The notes below the pieces were generated by a model. The model was not told the DNA's origin and did not search any database. It saw only the letters and a list, made by a program, of their open reading frames with translations. 64,000 nt of DNA, taken from assembly GCA_021203805.1 (NCBI GenBank), contig JAJQAM010000046.1:23840-87839 (forward strand). Reading direction: 5' to 3'. The DNA comes from Coprobacillus sp. Lineage in GTDB: Bacteria; Bacillota_I; Bacilli_A; RFN20; CAG-826. A program made the position numbers and the translations under genes. Shown piece after piece: positions 47,827 through 58,733 of the stretch; position 1 is the first letter of the stretch, and each line of letters opens with the position of its first letter.

Positions 47827-48945
47827 ATGAGTGAAGTCGTCGGACTTGTTAATTTACATTACTCGCCTTCTTTAGGCTCTCTCACCGCGCGTCGACCTTT
47901 TGGAACAGTCACCTTCCTAGGCCGATACGGCATTATGGATTTTACCCTTTCTAATTTCTCTAACTCCGGAATTAACGATATCTTAATCCTTGCAAAAAAC
48001 TATGCCTACTCCATTCACTCCCATATCCAAAATGGTCAGGCCTGGATAAATAACACCAAAGCGGGCTATATTAGAACCGCGATTAACGAAAAGAGCATCA
48101 ACGATCCAACCTTTAACACTGATATTGGAAATATCAATGCTAACCTTGAACAGATTGATTTATTTAATACTCAGTACTTTGTGATCGCTCCTGTTCACTA
48201 TCTTACCTCTATGGATTTCCGTCCGATTATTGATGAGCATCGAAGAAGCGGGGCCTCAATTACCATGGTCTATACGAGAGTGGATAACTCTCAGGGTAAG
48301 TTCCGTAACTGCACCTCAATTAAGCTTGATAAATCAAGAAAGATTGTGAGAAGCGCTACCCCTCATAATAGCGCTCCCTCAATTGATGTATCTTTAGATA
48401 CCTTTATCATTTCTAAAGATGCTCTTCTTGATCTCATCAAAATGCAGAAGAGTATATCTACTCTTCTCTCCGTCTCAGATCTTATTAACTACTGCATTAA
48501 TAACCATCTATTAACCGTGAACGCTTATAGACACACTAATAGAGTGTTTCCTATCTTCTCTCTTCATGATTATGTCGATGTCTCGATGCAGCTTCTTGAC
48601 CATCAGACGAGAATGGAGCTCTTCCTTGATTGGTGGCCGATTTACACCACAACAAATAATACGCCGCCGTCACTATACGGCCCAAAAGCGGAAGTCTCTA
48701 ACTCCTTTATCGCTAATGGAGCGATTATTAAAGGAAAAGTAGTGAACTCCATTATTTCCCGTGACGTTACAATTGAAGAAGGTGCGGTGGTGGAAGACTC
48801 GATTATCTTTACTAGGTCTCTTGTGGGTAAAGACGTTAAACTCTCAAACGCCATCTGCGATAAAGACGTCAAAATAAAACAAGTCAAAGAGCTCAGCGGT
48901 AGTGAAGATGAATTCCTTGTTATTGCTAAGGGAGTAACCGTTTAA
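47827..48945 (+). CDS. glgD: Glucose-1-phosphate adenylyltransferase regulatory subunit GlgD
   Basis: 372 aa. GlgC paralogue lacking the GGxGxRL motif (LTARRPFGTVTFLGRYGIMDF). Positioned between glgC and glgA. Confidence 0.85.
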   Translation: MSEVVGLVNLHYSPSLGSLTARRPFGTVTFLGRYGIMDFTLSNFSNSGINDILILAKNYAYSIHSHIQNGQAWINNTKAGYIRTAINEKSINDPTFNTDIGNINANLEQIDLFNTQYFVIAPVHYLTSMDFRPIIDEHRRSGASITMVYTRVDNSQGKFRNCTSIKLDKSRKIVRSATPHNSAPSIDVSLDTFIISKDALLDLIKMQKSISTLLSVSDLINYCINNHLLTVNAYRHTNRVFPIFSLHDYVDVSMQLLDHQTRMELFLDWWPIYTTTNNTPPSLYGPKAEVSNSFIANGAIIKGKVVNSIISRDVTIEEGAVVEDSIIFTRSLVGKDVKLSNAICDKDVKIKQVKELSGSEDEFLVIAKGVTV

Positions 48946-50378
48946 TGAAAATAGCGATGATTGCTTCTGAAGCGGTCCCTTACGCCAAAACGGGGGGACT
49001 AGGAGATGTCGTTTATTCTCTCTCAAAAGAGCTAAATAAACTCGGGGAAGAAACAGTAATTGTTCTCCCCTTTTATAAGTCAGTTCGCTCTAAGATTAAA
49101 GGCGCTCTTAAAGAAGTCAGTAGCTTTTATGTCAGTATGAGCTGGAGAAGAGAAAAAGCCACTATATATGAGACAAAATACGACGGAATTACTTACTTTT
49201 TAGTGGAAAATGCTCACTATTTTGATAGGGATGTGATGTATGGAGAATATGACGATGGGGAAAGATTTGCTTTCTTTACCCATGCCTGTAACCAGCTCTT
49301 TCCTGAAATCGGCTTTAAACCCGATATCATTCATGTTCATGACTGGCAGGCCGGAATGCTTCCGGTTCTTATTAAAGAGCAAAACCAAGAGTTTTACATA
49401 GGCACTAAAGTAGTTTTTACCATTCATAACCCCGCTTTCCAGGGCCTCTTTCCTAAGATTGTTTTAGGAGACTTTTATAATCTTCCTGATTCTCTTTTTG
49501 ATAACGGAAAGGTCCGCTTTAAAGACCAAGTTTCCACGATGAAAGCGGCGATTATCTACGCTGATAAAATTACCACTGTCTCCCCAAGTCACGCCGCGGA
49601 GCTTCTTACTCCAGAAGGCGGACAAGGTCTTGATCAAATCCTCAGGCTAAGGGAGTGGGATTTCTGCGGATTTCTTAACGGCGTGGATTACTCCGAGTTT
49701 GACCCTGAAACTGATGATATTATAAGCGCTAAATATAACTCCAAAAACTTTGCGGAGGGGAAAGCTAAAAATAAAGCCGCTCTTCTTAAAAGCATGCACC
49801 TAGTGGACACGGGTAAGCCTTTATTTGGAGTAGTGAGCCGCCTCACCTGGCAGAAGGGTATCGATTTACTCTTTGCCATGTGCTACGAAATGGCAAATAG
49901 AGGCTGTAATATTGTTATTCTTGGCTCAGGAGAATATAGCGTTGAGCAGAGAATGGAGCAGCTTCGCGCGACTTATCCTGATATAGTCGGTATCTATATT
50001 GGCTATAATGATGACCTTGCCCATCAGGTTTATGCCGCTTCTGACTTCTTCTTTATGCCCTCTCTATTTGAGCCGTGCGGTATTGGGCAAATGATCGCCC
50101 AAAAATACGGGGCTCTTCCGATTGTCCGTAGGACAGGAGGCCTTAGAGATAGCGTTATTAACTACGATGGATCAAATAAAGAGAGCGCTAACGGATTTGG
50201 CTTTGATTCCTATAGCCCTGATGAAGCGGTTAAAACCGCCATCTTTGCCTATGACACCTGGTGGAATGTGACCTTAAGAAAAAAGCTTATGAAAAACGCG
50301 ATGACTGTGGATCACTCCTGGAAGCAGTCAGCGACTCTATATCTCGGCCTATATAGGTCGATAGCAGCGAGAAAATAA
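48945..50378 (+). CDS. glgA: Glycogen synthase (ADP-glucose type)
   Basis: 477 aa with SEAVPYAKTGGLGDV (KTGGL motif), HDWQ and PSLFEPCGIGQM. Confidence 0.93.
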   Translation: MKIAMIASEAVPYAKTGGLGDVVYSLSKELNKLGEETVIVLPFYKSVRSKIKGALKEVSSFYVSMSWRREKATIYETKYDGITYFLVENAHYFDRDVMYGEYDDGERFAFFTHACNQLFPEIGFKPDIIHVHDWQAGMLPVLIKEQNQEFYIGTKVVFTIHNPAFQGLFPKIVLGDFYNLPDSLFDNGKVRFKDQVSTMKAAIIYADKITTVSPSHAAELLTPEGGQGLDQILRLREWDFCGFLNGVDYSEFDPETDDIISAKYNSKNFAEGKAKNKAALLKSMHLVDTGKPLFGVVSRLTWQKGIDLLFAMCYEMANRGCNIVILGSGEYSVEQRMEQLRATYPDIVGIYIGYNDDLAHQVYAASDFFFMPSLFEPCGIGQMIAQKYGALPIVRRTGGLRDSVINYDGSNKESANGFGFDSYSPDEAVKTAIFAYDTWWNVTLRKKLMKNAMTVDHSWKQSATLYLGLYRSIAARK

Positions 50379-52775
50379 ATGGGATACGACTATAAAAATA
50401 TAGAAGCAAAATGGAGGAAAAAATGGGAGGAGTGCAATGCTTTTTACTGCGACACCCATGATTTTAGTAAACCTAAATACTATGTTTTAGATATGTTCCC
50501 TTACCCTAGCGGAGAGGGTCTTCACGTGGGCCATCCCGAAGGATATACCGCGAGTGATATCGTCGCCCGAATGAAAAGGATGCAGGGCTATAATGTCCTT
50601 CACCCCATTGGCTGGGACGCCTTTGGACTACCAGCGGAGCAGTACGCGATTAAAACTAATAATCCTCCTAGCGAGTTTACCTATAGAAATATTGCCCGCT
50701 TTAAGGAGCAGATTAAGATGCTAGGCTTCTCTTACGACTGGGATAAAGAGATCGCCACATGTGACCCATCATATTATAAGTGGACCCAGTGGATTTTTAT
50801 TAAGCTCTATGAGAACGGTCTCGCTTATGTCGACTATAAACCAGTAAACTTCTGCCCCGAGCTTGGAACGGTTCTTGCCAATGAAGAAGTAATTGACGGA
50901 AAAAGCGAAGTAGGCGGCTTCCCTGTTATTCGTAAGAATATGAGGCAGTGGGTCCTTAAAATTACTGACTACGCTGATCGGCTTCTTGATGATTTAGAGC
51001 TTCTCGACTGGCCTAGCTCCACCGTGGAAATGCAAAAAAACTGGATAGGTAAGTCTTACGGCGCGGAGATTACCTTTAAGGTAAAAGGAAGCGAGGAATC
51101 ATTTAAAGTCTTCACCACAAGAGCGGATACGCTTTATGGGTGCACCTACTGCTGCCTAGCTCCCGAGCACCCCTTAGTGCTTAAAGTGACCACTCCTGAG
51201 CAGAGAAAAGAAGTCGAAGAATATATAAATCTTGTCTCATCCCGCTCTGATATGGAAAGAACAGAGCTTAATAAAGATAAGACTGGAGTCTTTACCGGAG
51301 CGTATGCTATTAACCCTATAAACGGGAAAGAAGTTCCTATCTATATCGCGGACTATGTCCTTGCTAGCTACGGAACAGGCGCTGTTATGGCGGTTCCCGC
51401 TCATGACCAAAGAGACTATGAGTTTGCAAGTAAATATCATCTCCCAATGATTCAGGTTTTAAAGGGAGATATATCTGGGTCTGCGATGGTTGAGGACGCT
51501 CCTCATATTAATAGCGAAGACGCTAATGGACTAGGAATAGAGGACGCTAAAAAAGTAGTGATAAAGAAACTCGTTTCTTTAGGCGCGGGAAAAGAGAAAG
51601 TAACCTACCGCCTAAGAGACTGGCTTTTCTCTCGTCAGAGATATTGGGGCGAGCCTATCCCCACAGTTACTCTTGAAGATGGAAGTATTATCTCTATATC
51701 CACTGATGAGCTTCCTCTTGAGCTTCCTCCCCTTAAGGAATATAAGCCAAGCGGAACGGGAGAGTCTCCCCTTGTGCACGCTAAAGACTGGCTTAATGTC
51801 ACTATAGATGGAAGGAAAGGAACTAGAGAAACTAACACCATGCCTCAGTGGGCGGGCTCATGCTGGTATTATCTTAGATATATCGACCCCCATAACGATA
51901 AAGAAATTGCGGATAAAAAGCTCCTTGATCACTGGCTTCCAGTGGACCTATATATCGGAGGAAGCGAGCACGCTGTCCTTCATCTTCTCTACGCGAGGTT
52001 TTGGCATAAATTCCTCTATGACATTAATGTAGTGACCTGTAAAGAGCCTTTCCAGCGCCTTTTCCATCAAGGAATGATTCTTGGAGAAAACGGAGAGAAG
52101 ATGAGTAAATCAAAAGGGAACGTCGTTAACCCAGATGAGTGCGTAAAGCGATACGGCGCGGACGCTCTTAGACTCTACGAGATGTTTATGGGACCGCTTG
52201 AAGATTCACTCCCTTGGAGTGAAAGAGGCCTAGAAGGAGCTAAGCGCTACCTCGATAGAGTGTATCGTTTATTTGAGTCTCCTCTTAAAGAAAAGATAAC
52301 ATCAGATAATAACCCAGGGCTTGACTATATCTATAACTACACCGTAAAGAAAGTAACTGATGACTATGAGAACCTTCAGTTTAACACTGCAATTAGTGCT
52401 CTTATGGTGCTTACTAACGAATTCTATAAAGCGGAGACTATTCCGCTTAGCTATATCGAAGGCTTTATTAAGCTTCTTGATCCCGTCGCTCCCTTTGTGT
52501 GCGAAGAGATTTGGAATATGCTTGGTCACGAAAATCTCATTACGTATGAGCCTTGGCCGGTCTATGATGAGTCTAAACTAGCCCAGGACATCGTTCATAT
52601 AGCGGTCCAGGTAAACGGAAAACTACGCGATACATTTGACGCGCCAATCGATAGCGAGGATAATGTACTTAAAGAGATGGCGCTATCCTGCGATAACGTA
52701 AAGCATCACATAGAAGGACACGAAATAAGAAAAATAATCGTTGTCAAAAACAAAATCGTCAATATTGTTCTTTAA
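50379..52775 (+). CDS. leuS: Leucine--tRNA ligase
   Basis: 798 aa with HVGHPEGY (HIGH) and KMSKSKGN (KMSKS). It starts on the base after the glgA stop. Confidence 0.97.
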   Translation: MGYDYKNIEAKWRKKWEECNAFYCDTHDFSKPKYYVLDMFPYPSGEGLHVGHPEGYTASDIVARMKRMQGYNVLHPIGWDAFGLPAEQYAIKTNNPPSEFTYRNIARFKEQIKMLGFSYDWDKEIATCDPSYYKWTQWIFIKLYENGLAYVDYKPVNFCPELGTVLANEEVIDGKSEVGGFPVIRKNMRQWVLKITDYADRLLDDLELLDWPSSTVEMQKNWIGKSYGAEITFKVKGSEESFKVFTTRADTLYGCTYCCLAPEHPLVLKVTTPEQRKEVEEYINLVSSRSDMERTELNKDKTGVFTGAYAINPINGKEVPIYIADYVLASYGTGAVMAVPAHDQRDYEFASKYHLPMIQVLKGDISGSAMVEDAPHINSEDANGLGIEDAKKVVIKKLVSLGAGKEKVTYRLRDWLFSRQRYWGEPIPTVTLEDGSIISISTDELPLELPPLKEYKPSGTGESPLVHAKDWLNVTIDGRKGTRETNTMPQWAGSCWYYLRYIDPHNDKEIADKKLLDHWLPVDLYIGGSEHAVLHLLYARFWHKFLYDINVVTCKEPFQRLFHQGMILGENGEKMSKSKGNVVNPDECVKRYGADALRLYEMFMGPLEDSLPWSERGLEGAKRYLDRVYRLFESPLKEKITSDNNPGLDYIYNYTVKKVTDDYENLQFNTAISALMVLTNEFYKAETIPLSYIEGFIKLLDPVAPFVCEEIWNMLGHENLITYEPWPVYDESKLAQDIVHIAVQVNGKLRDTFDAPIDSEDNVLKEMALSCDNVKHHIEGHEIRKIIVVKNKIVNIVL

Positions 52776-52822
52776 TTTTAGTAACATGGGACCCTTAGCG
52801 GCCTATAGGGAGGAAATTAAAA

Positions 52823-53587
52823 ATGAATTTAATGGTGGACGTGGGTAACTCCACAGTTGTCCTTGCCCTTTTTGAGGGCAGTGACATTAAAGCAAAGTTT
52901 AAAATTAAGACGGACACTCATATGAGTCAAAGCGAAATCGAAGTGGAAATTCGTTCGCTTTTTTCTTCGCGTGATTTGCCCTTATCAGTAGTTAAAAGCA
53001 TCGTCTATTCAAGCGTTGTCCCAGTGCTGAATCATAGCATTAAAGAAGCTTTAGCTTCTTTATTTAACGCTGATATTCTTACTATTGGAGCGGGCACTAA
53101 AACGGGACTAGCTCTTCTTATTGATTCCCCTAGTGAAGTGGGAAATGACCTAGTCGCGGATCTAGTCGCCGCTAAGTTTGTATATGGAGCCCCCGCTCTT
53201 ATCGTCGATATGGGAACGGCGACGAAGTTCCTCTTCCTTGATAAAAACGGTGCCTTTAGCTCCGCTCATATTGTCCCGGGCCTAGTTAAAAGCGCGAATA
53301 ATCTTAAAGAATCCGCCTTCCTTCTTCCGGAGGTAGGCCTAGAAAAACCCAAAGGCTTTATTGCGAAGAATACGATCGATGCCATTAATAACGGAATCAT
53401 CTATTCAAACGCGGAAATGATTAAAGGCATGGCGAGGGAGTATAAAAAGGCCTACGGCTATGACTTTAAAGTAATTATTACCGGAGGATGCGCTAATCTT
53501 GTCACGGATTTACTCTCCTTTCCTTTTACCTATGATGAGGATCTACTCATTAAGGGACTAAATATCATATTAGAAAAGAATAAATAA
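52823..53587 (+). CDS. coaX: Type III pantothenate kinase
   Basis: 254 aa with MVDVGNS, VDMGTATK and ITGGCA motifs. GGGAGG SD. Confidence 0.9.
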   Translation: MNLMVDVGNSTVVLALFEGSDIKAKFKIKTDTHMSQSEIEVEIRSLFSSRDLPLSVVKSIVYSSVVPVLNHSIKEALASLFNADILTIGAGTKTGLALLIDSPSEVGNDLVADLVAAKFVYGAPALIVDMGTATKFLFLDKNGAFSSAHIVPGLVKSANNLKESAFLLPEVGLEKPKGFIAKNTIDAINNGIIYSNAEMIKGMAREYKKAYGYDFKVIITGGCANLVTDLLSFPFTYDEDLLIKGLNIILEKNK

Positions 53588-55593
53588 TGACTAATAAAGC
53601 CATCTATAAAATGACAACATATGCAATGATAATTGCCATCATTGCGGTTATGACTTTCATTCCTGAGGTTGGCTATATCTCAATCGGTGGAGTCATCTCT
53701 TTTACCACTGTCCATGTCGTGGTCTTAATATGCGCCATGGTCTTTGGCTGGCAGGAAGCCTTTGTCGCGGGTATTACCATGGGAGTGTGCTCCCTAATTA
53801 AAGCCGCGGCCATGCCTCAATCGGTTTTTGACCCCGACTTTATTAATCCCTTTATATCCGTTCTTCCTAGAGCGATATTTGGCTTAGCTGCGGGTTTTAC
53901 TTATGAAGGAATTAATAAAATTCCTTCACGCGGAGCGAAATACACCCTTGCGATTATCGCCGCTCCTGTATTAACATTATTTCATTCAGTCATAACATTA
54001 TCATGTTATTGGCTATGGGATTATCTATGGTTTCCGATTCATGAAGGGACGATGATGGCCCTCTTATCGACGATATTTACCGTTAACGGCCTGATTGAAA
54101 TGGGAATAGCTCTTGTTCTCGTGCCCTCGATCTCACTAGGCGTCGCCGCTGGTCTACACGGGAAAAACCATGGAATGAAATTTGAAGAACTACTAAGGAG
54201 AAAGAAAACAATGTATCCAAAACTTGTAAAAGACTACGAGACTCCTCTTAAAGAGAACCTCGTTAAATTCTGCGCGATTAACTCCGCTTATGATGAAGCG
54301 AGTAGTGACGAGGCTAATCCCTACGGACTAGGCGTTACCAAAGCTCTTAACTTTATTAAAGATTTAGCGACTTCTGACGGCTTTCGGGCCACCATCTACG
54401 ATAATCAGGTATGCGAAATCCTTATAGGTGAGGGAGAAAAGAATATTACGATTATGTCTCACTGTGACACAGTCCCCGCGGGAGACGGCTGGGAAGGGGA
54501 TCCCTTTACGGTCCGCGAGGAAGACGGAATTCTTTACGGTAGAGGCGTCTCTGATGATAAAGGGCCAACACTCTCGGCGTATTACGCCGTTAAAGCTCTA
54601 AGCGATAATCATATGCTTGGTAACTATCAGGTAAGAATTCTTGTCGGTGGGAATGAAGAGAGAGGCTCTAGCGAGCTTAAATACTATTTTCACACTTTAA
54701 ATAAAGCGCAGCCGACATACGGCTTTACTCCAGATAGCGATTTCCCTCTCGTCTACGGTGAAAAAGGAATGATTAACTATATGGTAAGAGGAAAGGTTGA
54801 TATCCCAGGGGTAAAGTCTATAAAAGCAGGGACTGCTTTTAACGCGGTTATTGATAAGTGCTCTATTACAATGGAGGGTGGAGAAAAGCTTGCCGCTCTA
54901 CTAGCGGAAGATAATATTCCTTATAGCCTAGAAAAAGGTGAAGAAGGCGATGAAGTCATAGTCTATGGGAAAAGCGCTCATGGATCAATGCCTGAAAAAG
55001 GCATAAACGCTGGAATGCTTGGGCTTAAATATCTATCTAAGCTATACCCAGAATGCGAGATTAAAGTACTCGCTAAAAACTATGAAAACGTCAATGGACT
55101 TGGAATTGGAGGATATGCTAGCTCCTCTGTCTTTGGCCTAAATACTCTTAACGTTGGTATTATTACCTATGAAAATGGAGAGCTTATTATGGCGGTTAAT
55201 TTCCGTCATGGCGAGACCACTGACCCGGAAGTAGTGATGAAAAATATAGAGGAAAATACCGCTCCATTTGAAGCTAAATTTATGGGAACGGATAAGTTAC
55301 TTTATTATCCTACAGACTCTCCACTTGTGAAGACCCTTTTAAAGGCCTATCGAGATGAGACAGGAGACATCTCGACTCAGCCTTACGCTATCGGCGGAGG
55401 CACCTATGCTAAGGAAGCGGATAATGTCGTGGCCTTTGGAATTGAGAAGGCGGATTTTGATACCTATATGCACTCTAATAAAGAAAGAGTAAAAGTAAGT
55501 GCTCTTAATGAAGCGATGGCTATCTATGCTCATGCCATTGTCGATCTAGGAAAATTAATTGAAAATGAGAACGAAGTACAAAGCGTGGGCTAA
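53587..55593 (+). CDS. Fusion ORF: ECF-transporter S-component-like 6-TM domain (aa 1 to about 195) + M20 dipeptidase PepV/Sapep-like domain (aa about 209 to 668)
   Basis: A single 668-aa frame with no stop. The C-terminal part carries M20 motifs SHCDTV, GRGVSDDKGP and GGNEERGS. An internal AAGGAG (54195..54200) plus ATG (54211) sits exactly at the PepV N-terminus. Confidence 0.7.
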   Translation: MTNKAIYKMTTYAMIIAIIAVMTFIPEVGYISIGGVISFTTVHVVVLICAMVFGWQEAFVAGITMGVCSLIKAAAMPQSVFDPDFINPFISVLPRAIFGLAAGFTYEGINKIPSRGAKYTLAIIAAPVLTLFHSVITLSCYWLWDYLWFPIHEGTMMALLSTIFTVNGLIEMGIALVLVPSISLGVAAGLHGKNHGMKFEELLRRKKTMYPKLVKDYETPLKENLVKFCAINSAYDEASSDEANPYGLGVTKALNFIKDLATSDGFRATIYDNQVCEILIGEGEKNITIMSHCDTVPAGDGWEGDPFTVREEDGILYGRGVSDDKGPTLSAYYAVKALSDNHMLGNYQVRILVGGNEERGSSELKYYFHTLNKAQPTYGFTPDSDFPLVYGEKGMINYMVRGKVDIPGVKSIKAGTAFNAVIDKCSITMEGGEKLAALLAEDNIPYSLEKGEEGDEVIVYGKSAHGSMPEKGINAGMLGLKYLSKLYPECEIKVLAKNYENVNGLGIGGYASSSVFGLNTLNVGIITYENGELIMAVNFRHGETTDPEVVMKNIEENTAPFEAKFMGTDKLLYYPTDSPLVKTLLKAYRDETGDISTQPYAIGGGTYAKEADNVVAFGIEKADFDTYMHSNKERVKVSALNEAMAIYAHAIVDLGKLIENENEVQSVG

Positions 55594-56170
55594 ACCGCTT
55601 TTAGATGAAAACCCAGAAATTGTTTTAGATAATAATAGACTTATTTCCCAAGCGGATTATTATTTAGAAATCGGCTCTGGAAAAGGGAAATTTCTTTCAG
55701 AAATGGCCTCGAATTATCCTAATTTAACTTTTATTGGAGTGGAAAAGAATATCACTGTCGCGGGCTACTGCCTTAAAAAAATCCTTGAGTCGGGCGTAAA
55801 TAACGCCTTTTTATATCCCGAGGATATTAATTTAGTGCTCCCTGATATTCCTAGTGAGTCTATTCTCTCTATTTTTCTTAATTTTTCTGACCCCTGGCCA
55901 AAGGCAAGACATGAAAAGAGAAGACTAACCACTCCAGGGCTTATTGATGAGTATTATAGAGTTCTGAAGAAAGACGCTCATCTCTATTTCAAAACAGATA
56001 ATGCTGATTTATATAATTATTCCCTTGATCAGTTTAAAAATTCACATTTTCTTACCGAAAATATGAATGAGGACTATAATAGTATAGATAGTTTTGACAC
56101 AGAAACAGAATACGAGCTCAAAGCAAAAGAAAAAGGACAAAAGATATATCGTATAATTCTAAAAAAATAA
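55565..56170 (+). CDS. trmB: tRNA (guanine-N7)-methyltransferase
   Basis: MRTKYKAWAKPLL..., EIGSGKGKF and FSDPWPK motifs. I use ATG 55565 rather than the TTG at 55559. Confidence 0.9.
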   Translation: MRTKYKAWAKPLLDENPEIVLDNNRLISQADYYLEIGSGKGKFLSEMASNYPNLTFIGVEKNITVAGYCLKKILESGVNNAFLYPEDINLVLPDIPSESILSIFLNFSDPWPKARHEKRRLTTPGLIDEYYRVLKKDAHLYFKTDNADLYNYSLDQFKNSHFLTENMNEDYNSIDSFDTETEYELKAKEKGQKIYRIILKK

Positions 56171-56188
56171 GATAGAAACTAGGCAGTT

Positions 56189-57298
56189 ATGGAAGAGATT
56201 GAAGTTAAACTTAAAGAAGAAGGAAAAATATCGCGTCTTACCAATAAGACCTTTAAATTTGATCCTAAACTTGGAGAAGGCTACTATTCCGCTAATTATT
56301 TTCTAAAAACAAGAGAAATAGTGGCTAAGCTTGCTCCTAATCATAGAGTAACTATGCAGTGGTTTCAGCGCCGCGATAATGTGATGCTATGCGGAATTGA
56401 TGAAGCGATTGCCATTTTGCATACTTTTTCCCCGCATCCCGAGGATCTTGAGATTGTCGCCCTTAATGATGGCGATATGATAAGTGCTGAGGAGCCAGTT
56501 TTAAAAGTAACTGGGAAATACGAAGATTTTGGTTTTCTTGAAAGCGTTATTGATGGAGTCCTTGCGAGACGATCAAGCGTTGCCACTAACACCAAAGAAG
56601 TTTTAGACGCCGCTGGGTCCACCCCAGTATTTTCGATGGCGGACCGTCAGGATGACTATCTCACTCAGGTGGGCGATGGATATGCTTCTTATGTCGCTGG
56701 AATTAATAGAGTCTCCACTGACGCTCAAGGCGAGTGGTGGGGAGGTAAGGGAATGGGGACGATGCCTCATGCCCTAATTCAGATATGCGGAGGCGATCTC
56801 TGTAAGGCGGGAGATTTATACTACAATATGTTTCCTGAAAATGGAGTGACATCACTTGTTGATTATAACAATGATGTGGTTAGTGACTCCCTTAAACTTG
56901 CTCGTCATCTAGGCACTAAACTCCATGCCGTGAGAGTGGATACTTCCTCCTCTTTAATCGATCATTATTTTGATGATAAAGACACAAGTGGGTTTGATCC
57001 ACATGGCGTTTGTAAAGAGCTTATCTTTGCTCTTCGTAACGCTCTTGACGCAGAAGGTTTTACTTATGTTGATATTGTGGTGTCTAGCTCCTTCTCTAAA
57101 GAAAAGATTAAAGAATGGACAAGTCTAGGGGTTCCGGTGTCGATGTACGGCGTTGGAACATCGCTTGTTAATAATACAACTTGCGGATTTGTGGGAGACC
57201 TTGTCGTCCTTGACGGCAAGGATGAAGCGAAAGTTGGAAGATATAATATTCCTTCTTCCCGCCTTGAAAAAGTCCCTTATCCTATTTACAATAGGTAA
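56189..57298 (+). CDS. pncB: Nicotinate phosphoribosyltransferase family protein (type II PRTase)
   Basis: 369 aa. The overall pattern (YFLKTREI..., GTMPHALIQ, VRVDTSS, YGVGTSL) fits the short NAPRTase family. Confidence 0.7.
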   Translation: MEEIEVKLKEEGKISRLTNKTFKFDPKLGEGYYSANYFLKTREIVAKLAPNHRVTMQWFQRRDNVMLCGIDEAIAILHTFSPHPEDLEIVALNDGDMISAEEPVLKVTGKYEDFGFLESVIDGVLARRSSVATNTKEVLDAAGSTPVFSMADRQDDYLTQVGDGYASYVAGINRVSTDAQGEWWGGKGMGTMPHALIQICGGDLCKAGDLYYNMFPENGVTSLVDYNNDVVSDSLKLARHLGTKLHAVRVDTSSSLIDHYFDDKDTSGFDPHGVCKELIFALRNALDAEGFTYVDIVVSSSFSKEKIKEWTSLGVPVSMYGVGTSLVNNTTCGFVGDLVVLDGKDEAKVGRYNIPSSRLEKVPYPIYNR

Positions 57299-57313
57299 AG
57301 TTAGGAATTAAGT

Positions 57314-58567
57314 ATGAATATTTTAGATGACTTAAAATATCGAGGCCTAGTTAAAGACGTATCTAACGAAGAAAGTCTTCGCAAGCTTTTAGACACTCCG
57401 CAGACAATCTATGTGGGCTTTGACCCAAGTGCCTCCTCTCTTCACCTTGGGAATTTCCTTATGATTTCCCTTCTTATGAGATTTCAAAGAGCGGGGCATA
57501 GAATTATCGCCGTTATCGGTGGCGCTACCGGTATGATTGGTGATCCATCTGGAAAAAGCAGCGAGCGAAATCTACTAAGTAAAGAAGATCTAGACAAAAA
57601 CGTCGCTAATATTAAAAAGCAGCTTGAAAAGTTTATTGATCTCTCTGACCCTAAAAAGGGAATCCTTCTTAATAACTATGACTGGCTCTCTAAAATATCA
57701 ACGCTTGATCTTTTAAGAGACTATGGAAAACACTTCTCTATAAACTACCTTCTTTCAAAAGATATCATTGCAAGTCGTCTTGAAAGCGGTATTTCATTTA
57801 CCGAGTTCTCTTATAACATTCTTCAAGCTATCGATTTCCTCTATCTCTTCGATAACTATGACTGTCATATTCAGTGCGGCGGCTCTGACCAGTGGGGTAA
57901 TCTAACAAGCGGCCTCGAGCTTATCCGTAAAACTAGAGGCGCTGACGCGAGCGCTGAAGTCTTAACCACGCCTCTAATTACGAGAAGCGACGGCACTAAA
58001 TTTGGAAAAAGCGAAAAGGGAGCGTTATTTCTTGACCCAAGCCTTACTTCTCCCTATAAGCTTTATCAGTTCCTCATTAACTGCGCAGATGACGAAGTCA
58101 TTAATTATCTTAAAGTCTTTACTTTCCTCTCTAGAGAGGAAATAGAGGCCATAGAAAAAGAGCATAACGCTCATCCGGGAGCGAGAATTGGTCAGAAAAA
58201 GCTCGCTTTTGAGCTTACCTCAATTATCCACGGAGTCGATAAAGCGGAAGAAGCCATGAAGATGAGTGAGGTTCTCTTTTCAGGAGATATAAAAACCCTT
58301 AGCGAAGATCAGCTAACCGATGTCTTCTCCGACTTTTTAATCGATATTTGTGAGCCGAAAAGGCTTGAAGACCTCCTTGTCGCTATCGGCGCGGCCTCCT
58401 CAAAAAGAGAAGCGAGAGAGTTTCTTGGAAGCGGCTCCATCTTAGTAAACGGGGAGAAAACTAGTCAAAGCGATTTAGTGATTGATAAAAGCTATGCTTT
58501 GCACAGTAAATTTACTCTTGTCAGAAGAGGCAAAAAAAACTATTATCTAGTAAGGCATTCTTACTAA
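57314..58567 (+). CDS. tyrS: Tyrosine--tRNA ligase
   Basis: 417 aa with HLGN (HIGH), KFGKS (KMSKS) and a C-terminal S4 domain. Confidence 0.96.
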   Translation: MNILDDLKYRGLVKDVSNEESLRKLLDTPQTIYVGFDPSASSLHLGNFLMISLLMRFQRAGHRIIAVIGGATGMIGDPSGKSSERNLLSKEDLDKNVANIKKQLEKFIDLSDPKKGILLNNYDWLSKISTLDLLRDYGKHFSINYLLSKDIIASRLESGISFTEFSYNILQAIDFLYLFDNYDCHIQCGGSDQWGNLTSGLELIRKTRGADASAEVLTTPLITRSDGTKFGKSEKGALFLDPSLTSPYKLYQFLINCADDEVINYLKVFTFLSREEIEAIEKEHNAHPGARIGQKKLAFELTSIIHGVDKAEEAMKMSEVLFSGDIKTLSEDQLTDVFSDFLIDICEPKRLEDLLVAIGAASSKREAREFLGSGSILVNGEKTSQSDLVIDKSYALHSKFTLVRRGKKNYYLVRHSY

Positions 58568-58733
58568 ACTATTAGTAAGGTTATAATATAGGGTCCAAAA
58601 AGCTTTATATTTTTTTAAAGAAAAAAACACTTCACATTAACCTCTTTTTTCCTTAAAATAACTATCGTTTATTTTTGGTTAGTAACGAAAAATAAAGCTT
58701 GGCGAAATTTGTAAATATCATATTAGGGATGGA

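Noticed and set aside
50300-50400. T-box or other leader RNAs upstream of leuS, tyrS (57299..57313) and proS (579..594)
   Set aside because: The intergenic gaps are 0, 15 and 16 nt, which leaves no room for a leader or riboswitch. These synthetase genes appear co-transcribed with their upstream neighbours.
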